DNA of 64,000 nucleotides from Schizochytrium sp. TIO01. Lineage: Eukaryota > Protista > Bigyra: Labyrinthulomycetes. A model generated the notes under the pieces. That model was not told the origin of the DNA. It was given only the letters and a program-made list of their open reading frames with translations, and did not search any database. Numbering within the stretch: the first letter of the stretch is position 1; every line of letters begins with the position of its first letter. The position numbers were made by a program, and so were the translations under genes. This document shows, piece by piece, positions 56,589 to 64,000 of this stretch. Location of the stretch: the NCBI GenBank assembly GCA_004764695.1, contig SMSO01000031.1, positions 3,944,436 to 4,008,435 of the forward strand. Direction: 5' to 3'.

Positions 56589-56689
56589 GTTTGTTTGTTT
56601 GTTTGTTTGTTTGTTTGTTTGTTTGTTTGTTTGTTTGTTTGTTTGTTTGTTTGTTTGTTTGTTTGTTTGTTTGTTTGTTTGTTTGTTTG
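56589..56689. repeat. (GTTT)n microsatellite
   Basis: Directly visible; degenerate copies extend upstream to about 56480. Confidence 0.95.
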
Positions 56690-56997
56690 CTCATAAAGAG
56701 CGCTTTTCGTTTCATACGTGATAGTTCTGCACCGAAAGGAGAGGAGACAGAGGAACCCCACCATTTTTGACTGCCTAATTTCTCGAGAACTGCGAATGGC
56801 CTTAAAGCACAGCCGAAAGAAAGCCGTGCCTCTCTCCAGTCCGGCGGCCTGAGGGGGGCGAGGCGCTCCTGCCTGCCTACACCGCTGATTGCAGGCGCTC
56901 AAAACCCCGGTTCTTGCGAGCACAGATGCCGCTTTCCCGCGGTTTCCGCAAAGATCATCGCCGCAGCTTTTCTCTCGAGGTAGAAATAACGCTCCTG

Positions 56998-57028
<31 letters not shown>

Positions 57029-57607
57029 TGCGCCAGAGCCTACAGTTAACACTAGCGGGCCATAGGCTCGTGTATAAGTAAGGCACGCTGTGCTACTAGT
57101 CAGGCGGCTACCAGAAACTAGTAGTAGCTAAATTTGAATTTGAGTTTGAGTTTGAATTTGAATGTTTTGAATGTTTTGAATGCTATTACTATTTTCTAAT
57201 ATAGAAGCGGTGTTGCCGCAGGAGTGTGGCAAGGTAAAACGGTAAGAGTTGCTTCCGAGACCGCTCTTCAAACAAGCCTTGAAAGGGACTAGCTTGGCGC
57301 TAGTACTTCCTACTGCTAGTTGTAAACACTTCTTTTAACTGTCTGTATACATAATGGTGGATTATGTTTTTTGTATATTATACAGATAGTATGTGATAGT
57401 ATATTTACTGGGAAAGAGAGAGAGAGAGAGAGAGAAGGAAAGAAGCAATCACTCAATCGATCGAGGACTCAGTCACTCAATCGCTGCGCTTGATCTCGCG
57501 ACCTCGTGTGTCTCTTCTTGGCGGATTCCAGAGGGGTTTGTGGACGATCGAGGGAAGATAAGAGCAGCGGGAAGCGGCGGCGCCGCCAGTCCATGGTCAA
57601 GCGGAAG

Positions 57608-59277
57608 ATGAGCGTAAGTTTGAGCAACTCCGCTGGAGAGGAACCCAGCGAGGCGATGGAAAACAACATTGATTGTTCAACAAAGGTGTAGTGTTATAGG
57701 TATACATACTATGGACATTAGGAGCCAATGAAGGCACATAGCGGGAACAGTAAGAAAGAGAATGGTGTAACTGACGGCGACTGAAGCGCTTTGGCGAGGT
57801 GGCCTGCGAGGGTGTGGAGCTCAATGCAGGACCTTGGGTACTTGTGATGAGAACAAGACACGGGATCTTCAGACCAATGCACAGAGAAAAACCTAGGATA
57901 TAATTGTTCCCAGCCGATGAAGAACTTCGTGGAGGGGGACGTACAAACCAGCAGTGACAAGCATACTTGTTACCTGTTCGAAGGGATGCATAAAATGTGC
58001 AATGTTTAAAACGAAAGTACTGGGTTTTATCTTTCTTAAACAAAGGGGCAAACGAATGTAGATGAATACATATGTTGAAATATGCGCGTCCTCGTGGGAA
58101 TAAGGATCTGATATGTTGTCAGCAACAAGAGCCAATGTAGAATTTCGCAAATATTTTTAGGTTTGGCAAAATCTCTATTTTGCGGAATTGCAACTGCACA
58201 TTGGCACTTCATTTTGAGGAGGAGAGTTCGAACTTTCACTCAATTCTCTTGCTTAGTGTTGCGCAATATAGTTTCATATTAAGAACCCAATTACCATCAT
58301 GTCTATCTGGATTTTTTACGTCATACTGAAACCAAAGGTTTTTCTGTGTCATAAGACATCTATGCTTAGCATCTCGGCTGGAACTTAATTGACTCCATGT
58401 GTTTCAACACCCGCACGTTCAGTACACTGTCTGATTTGTCGGCATATTCTCCCGGAGGTACCCCCCCCTATTCATCGTAATACCGTGTCCTTTTTCTCGT
58501 GGTTGTCTGGTTTCCTGTATTTTCTTTCTCATTACGAGCAGTAAAGGTTTTGTTTAAAATTGAGCATCACACCTTGCGCGAGCAACACTGTCGACAGCGT
58601 TTGATGGAAACCCCTTATTCTATTTATTAATACGTACACAGCAATTATCGCACGAAAACCTTGCACCCCAGGTGCTTCAGCGGATTGCACGGGAGCTCCG
58701 CAAATTGGCCATTTCTCCATTGGATGGGATCAATGTGATTGTCAACGAGGAAGATTTGACAGATATTCAGGCAGAGATTGCTGGCCCGGCAGAGACTCCC
58801 TACCATGGAGGAGTTTTTAAGTGCAAACTTGTGCTTAGCAATGACTTTCCCAACACACCGCCACGTGGCTTCTTCTTGACCAAAATATTCCACCCTAACG
58901 TGTCTGCTAATGGCGACATTTGTGTAAACACTCTCAAACGTGACTGGGATCCAAGCCTCGGCATGTCGCACATTCTGCAGGTCATCCGTTGCCTTTTGAT
59001 TATTCCATTCCCTGAGTCCGCGTTGAATGAGGATGCTAGCAAGCTCTTTTTGGAGAGCTATGATGATTACTTTAAGCGTGCACGCCTCATGACGAGTATT
59101 CACGCCATGCGTAAGTGCTCGGCCGCTGGGAGCTCACGCGAGATTGCCATTGAGACCAAGGAGAAGGAGAACGCGGGTGGTGCTGATGGTTGCGAAGGGC
59201 AGCGCCAAGGTGTTGCGCCCAAGCCCAAAATGACAAAGAAGAAGTCTGAACGGAAGAAAAATCTCAAGCGCCTTTGA
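57608..59277 (+). CDS. UBE2S: Ubiquitin-conjugating enzyme E2 S (UBE2S/UBC22). Micro-exon 57608-57613 (or from ATG 57593) plus exon 58642-59277
   Basis: [46 protein letters not shown] (catalytic Cys), [11 protein letters not shown], Lys-rich tail ending KKNLKRL. No ATG in the main exon; ATGAGC|gtaagt...acacag|CAA gives an in-frame start. Confidence 0.85.
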
Positions 59278-61191
59278 ATATGTTCTCTTGGTGACCAGAG
59301 TATCTTTCTTTTCTTGTTTTTCCTCATCCGTGAATTATACGCCCGCTCTGAATGTGTTTGTTGAATCAAGAAAGCGCTTCTTCCCACTGCTAACAATATG
59401 TAGTGGGCCAGCGAGCACAAAAACTGGCTAATCTGCTAGCTTTGGAGTAGTCTATGATATTTGGTGAGCAGAATGCATGCCTTTTCTGCAGAACGTGTTT
59501 GGTTTGTTTCTTTTAGCGCTTACGGCTGCGTCTGCCTATTGCTGCTTCTACCTGCTTCCCTCGATGAGGTTGGACATCTTTTAATCATGCCCTGTTTACT
59601 CTTCTCTTTACTTAATTGAGCGAATTGTAATGATCTGATCTTTTCTACTTTGTTTTCATGCGCAGTTAACAGAATGCCTCACATTCTTCTTTTCTTTTCC
59701 AAGGTGCAAGGAGTTATCGTGGTTGTCCTGCATCTACTACCTTCTCATCCATCTATCGCAAAATATGCGACTAATTCTTCGAAGCTAAATTCCGGGCTCT
59801 GAAATTTTCCTGGTCCACTCTCACAATCAAAATGTCTTACTCTTACATCTTCATTAGTTGCATGCTGCGATAATAAACCAGGCGTTGCAGCCTTGCAAGT
59901 TGTTATAACGAATTAAGTATTTTGAAGAGTGTGCTTTAAAGTCAAAGGGGTCTGTGGTATCTTGTTTCCCATCACGATATTGCTAGGAGCCAATTTCGCG
60001 AGTGATATTAATGTTTACAGATGCTTTCCTTTGTTAGAATAGTGCTTCTTGTACCAATTTGAGTTGCCATTGTTTTTTCGTTTGCTTCGTATTTAGCTGT
60101 ATCACTCGTCTGTACATCAGGTCTATAAGGTCACGGTTACCAGAGTTAGCATATAAACAATGAACAGTGATAAATAGCTTATAAAACCTGTTGCGCAGAA
60201 AATGTTTGTATTTATGTATTACTGGTGTTTTGGCAGAGTTCGCATTTTCTTGCTTCTTCTGTATGCATGTCTGAAACCACTTCTGAAGGGCATCTGTGTT
60301 GACAACGAGAAAGAAAGTAGTTTTTTTTTCCAGTCTTAGAATATATCTATTGTTTTTTCATTCCTTTTCAAAAAGTTCTATTAACTTACCGTGCTGTCAT
60401 TCATTCTTAAGACACTGCAACTCTAGAATAGTTATAAAGATGTTCTTAACAAATACACCTTTCATCATATATTAGCTGCTAAATGATCAGCTGAGCACAT
60501 GGAACTCGCTCATTTGAAGCAGCAAGGGAATCTAATAGAATCGCTATGATGCAAATTAACAGAATCAAAAGTTCAAGCCTCTCTGTGAAGCATATTGTGT
60601 TCAAAGTTTGGAGTGTACGTGATCTCAGCGCCTATGTCTAACGCATGGCAGCTTTCTCAGTTGAACAGTGGAAAAAGAAGAAATGTGCTTGGCCTGTTTC
60701 TGGCAAATCAAGGCCTACGAGGCTACTTATTAGCCAAATTGACATGGGACAGGGGTGCGATGAAAAGGATGTTGAAAAGATGTAAAGAAAAGTATAATGT
60801 ATTTATCAAAAGAGAATAAAGTCAGGATAATGACTGAGCTTTCTAATAAGCTCTCATTACCAGCTCTCGAAGAAAATCAGGTGTTGAGACAGCATGTGAT
60901 CCATACAACCGCTTCTTGTTGAGTGATTATGTAAGATAAATTCAACTTGCAAGTAGTATGAATGCACGAGTGTCTACAGCTGACAAAGAATCAACAGAGA
61001 GCGCAATACAGAGTGATGTGAGAGAGAGGGTACTAATTTTCATGAGGTACATGTGTGTGTGAGAGTGATGTGTGTTTAGCAAATCAAATATCATCGCATC
61101 ATATAGACAAGCACCGTAAAGAAACAGAACAGATAGAGGACAATACGGTTGGTGCGTCATTTTTGCGGGTGAGATGATTGATTTGGTGAGC

Positions 61192-62007
61192 TTAAGCCTG
61201 GGGCTTTTCTTCATCGCTGGCATTGCCGTTGATGTTGTTGTTGCTAATATTATTTGCAACCTCGACAAGACGTTCCAAGACGCGAGGGTCAGATTTAAAT
61301 CCGAATGGGGATTCAGAGATCGCGGCACTGACAAACCGGGGCACGGTATCAGTATTGAGAGTGTGCTTTGCTTGTGCTTTAGCAGAGCTAAGAGTGTTTG
61401 CAATAAGCTCGCGATCATCCTTAGCGAGAGCATCCTCAAGGTTATTCGCCAAGGTGGGGCAAAGGCAGACCCAGTCGGGAGCATCGTTCTTGACATAGCG
61501 AGAGTTAATGTCGTTTGCTGCGTTCATCCATTCATTTTTGCATGTGATATCATTTTCGAGTTGCTGCACAGCACGCAGGCAACGTAAGTTTTCACCACAA
61601 AGATGTGCTTCGCAGAACTCGGTGAGGGCCTGAGTAAGGACCTCATCCTGAAGCAAGTCATTAATAGTAAAGCGAGCAGCCGCAATAGATTTAAGAACCT
61701 CTTCCTTCTCCAAGGTTTGAGTTTTGCTGTCCTTGGCTGGGTCACTGGAGGAACGGGTGCGGTTGATGGCAGACCAGGAGCGCAGACGGCGACGGCGGGC
61801 CGGGGCTGTTGCCTCCTCCTGAAGGGAGGACTCCCTTCGGAACGTGAGCAAGTTAATAATGTCCTTAGTGACACTCATGGTCCTCTGACGGTATGAAAAA
61901 GTTGTGTAGCTGCTACGCGAGGAGGTTGTGGAGACAGGGGAGAGAATGGGCTCGTCATCCAAGACGGGCTCCGTGCTGATGAGGTGCTCCATGCTGTCGG
62001 TCGTCAT
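61192..62007 (-). CDS. RGS-domain protein
   Basis: DLLQD..ALTEFCEAHLCGENLRCLRAV..AANDINSRYV..AP..V.L..TLNTDTVPRF matches the RGS box pattern. Confidence 0.85.
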   Translation of the reverse strand: MTTDSMEHLISTEPVLDDEPILSPVSTTSSRSSYTTFSYRQRTMSVTKDIINLLTFRRESSLQEEATAPARRRRLRSWSAINRTRSSSDPAKDSKTQTLEKEEVLKSIAAARFTINDLLQDEVLTQALTEFCEAHLCGENLRCLRAVQQLENDITCKNEWMNAANDINSRYVKNDAPDWVCLCPTLANNLEDALAKDDRELIANTLSSAKAQAKHTLNTDTVPRFVSAAISESPFGFKSDPRVLERLVEVANNISNNNINGNASDEEKPQA

Positions 62008-64000
62008 TGTTATATGAAAGTAAAGTTGCGTTTCTGCTTTGCTTTGCTCGAGAAGGACTCCGTCTCTTCAGTGAACAAAGGACAGAGCTGCCTCACCACG
62101 AGAGTTGCTTCTGATTCCTGAGAGGCTAGACACCTAGCTGCCTATCTCTTTGCTTCACGATCGCTTTCTTTACTCTTTGTTTCTTTCTTTCGGCTGTCGT
62201 CGGTGATGCCGGAGTTGCGATTGGGGTTTGCTTTTGCATCCTTTCGCATCGCTCATTTCATTCTCTTTCTCTTTTCAATTTCTTTTTTAAGCGTTTTCAA
62301 TCGCTTCTTTTTATGTCAGATCTTAATCAAGCATCTATATAGTTCTATAAAGCATGATATTCTTTTCTCCGTCTTTTCTTCCTTTCCTTTCAGCTTGCTC
62401 TCATCCCTTTTAAAGCTTTCCTCTCATTCGTGACAACTTCCTTCTGGGTCTTCTCATCATCCTCTCCTAGTCATTGGCTAAGTATATTGCTACCCGTCGA
62501 ATGCTAAACTATAGTTCGCTTCAGCAAATTAACATTTATATTTTGTATTTTTGTTTTAAAAAAAATGGCCAAAATAGTATTCAGAACATTATTCATAACA
62601 AAAGTAATCACTGATCTGAAAGTTTCTTTTTGAGAATTACAATTGTAATGTGATAGCACCCCCGAGCTGAATGAGACGGCCTTCTTATGTTGCTTTTACC
62701 ATCATGGTCCATTATTTGAAAGAAACAAGGAACAACAGTACGCATATATATACTTCTGTTAGTCGACATAGTATTGCCAGTTCCCCTGATCCTCTGGAAA
62801 ATGTATTTTAGTGGAGAAAGTAGTTAAAGTAGTTATAGTAGTGGAAATAGTGCTTACTTACTTCTATGTCCTCCTTTTAAAAAAGAGCGTCCTTCTTCTT
62901 CCTTTGTTTTCAGCGCAGCTCACCATCCCAACTGCGCTTCTTTCAGTATTCGCATTATTTATCCCTTTAATTAAAAAAGAAAAGAAAAAGCAATTTCCTG
63001 TGGATTGCTTCACTGTTTAATTAAAAGCTTTTTATTAAATAATAATAGATTAATAGATATGTGGTAGATTTTCAAGAAATCTACGAAAAGCATTCGATTA
63101 TTCGCTCAAAATCAATGTTTTGAGGCACGTAGGCTCTGTCCTTTCGAAGAGGCCTCGTAGAGGGTGAAAGGTAATGAAGGGAACGAAGAAAGCCAAATTT
63201 TTAAAGGGGCGAATTATTCGATACTGAGAAGAATCGATCGAACTAGAAAATTAGGAAGAAGTGAAAGTGCAAACAAAGAAGGCTCGGTGCGTAACGTCCA
63301 CTTAGTGAGAATTCCAACTCTGCTAACCTACCTACTAACCGCCTATCACCGATGGGAAGTAAGTAAGAAGGAACATTATACAGGCATTAGTGAAGTAATG
63401 ATGCTGGAAAGTATCAATTTGAATGCTTATTACCAGCCTCTTCAATTTAAAACAAATTACTGAAATATAAATAATAACAGCCTCAAGTTTTCAGTTTATC
63501 ATTTTAATTTTTTATTGTTATTTTAAAATCAAGCAAACAGTACTAGAGAGACGGAGAGAGAGAAGAAGGAAGGGACTCGAGAACCAAATTGCCTTTGTTC
63601 ATCATTGATGTTTCCATCGCGCACTGTCGAGGAAGAGTCTGCTCTTCCTGCTGCTACTTGCAGGGGAAAGAAAGCCTTCTCAAGTCCACGAGCCTTTGCC
63701 TCATCTCTCTTCCCCAAACTGCTCCTAAATCTAGAAAGTTGAGCAATCAAAGAGAAGAAGAGAAGAGAAGAGAAGAAGAATGCACCTCCAGCCACACTTT
63801 TTGGATTCTGTCTGTCTGTCCGTATGATTGATTCTATTCGCCATTCTGATTCTCTTCACTTTAGAAAAGGAAAGAAGAAAAGAGTTATAGTTTTATACAT
63901 GAACAAACAGATAAACAAGAATAGACAACAGATCATTTTAAAATACTGTACCTACCACTATCTCCAGCTCGAGAGAACTTCTGTGCTCAATCAATCAATG

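Noticed and set aside
55550-56923. ORFs with FLSF, FVCL or QTNK repeats
   Set aside because: Translations of microsatellites.

Overview
A 64-kb eukaryotic (protist) nuclear region with about 19 mostly intronless genes separated by AT-rich, microsatellite-rich spacers. Gene content and layout suggest a stramenopile, probably a thraustochytrid/labyrinthulomycete; this is inferred, not proven. Genes: NADPH-cytochrome P450 reductase, CARM1/PRMT4, a CCT-domain protein, profilin, a peroxisomal-type SLC25 carrier, a J-domain protein, PP2C, FAM228-like, GTDC1/QTMAN-like, a large multi-FHA + cNMP-binding + CaaX protein (two frame breaks), Moonraker/KIAA0753-like, a Slo/BK-type K+ channel, a spliced C2-C2-REEP/HVA22 fusion (one frame break), a PH-like + TM protein, a RING-CH ligase, a DHRS12-like SDR, UBE2S (start codon in a micro-exon) and an RGS protein. 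The most notable feature is absent from the ORF track: a complete but strongly divergent U6-like snRNA gene at about 7969-8077. It has a TATA box, 5' stem-loop, ACAGAGA box, AGC triad, ISL and T8 terminator, but carries substitutions at normally near-invariant U2- and U4-pairing and catalytic-core positions. This would imply co-varied U2/U4 partners (a variant spliceosomal RNA set) or a specialised U6 paralog. All protein family assignments come from motif recognition by eye, not database searches.
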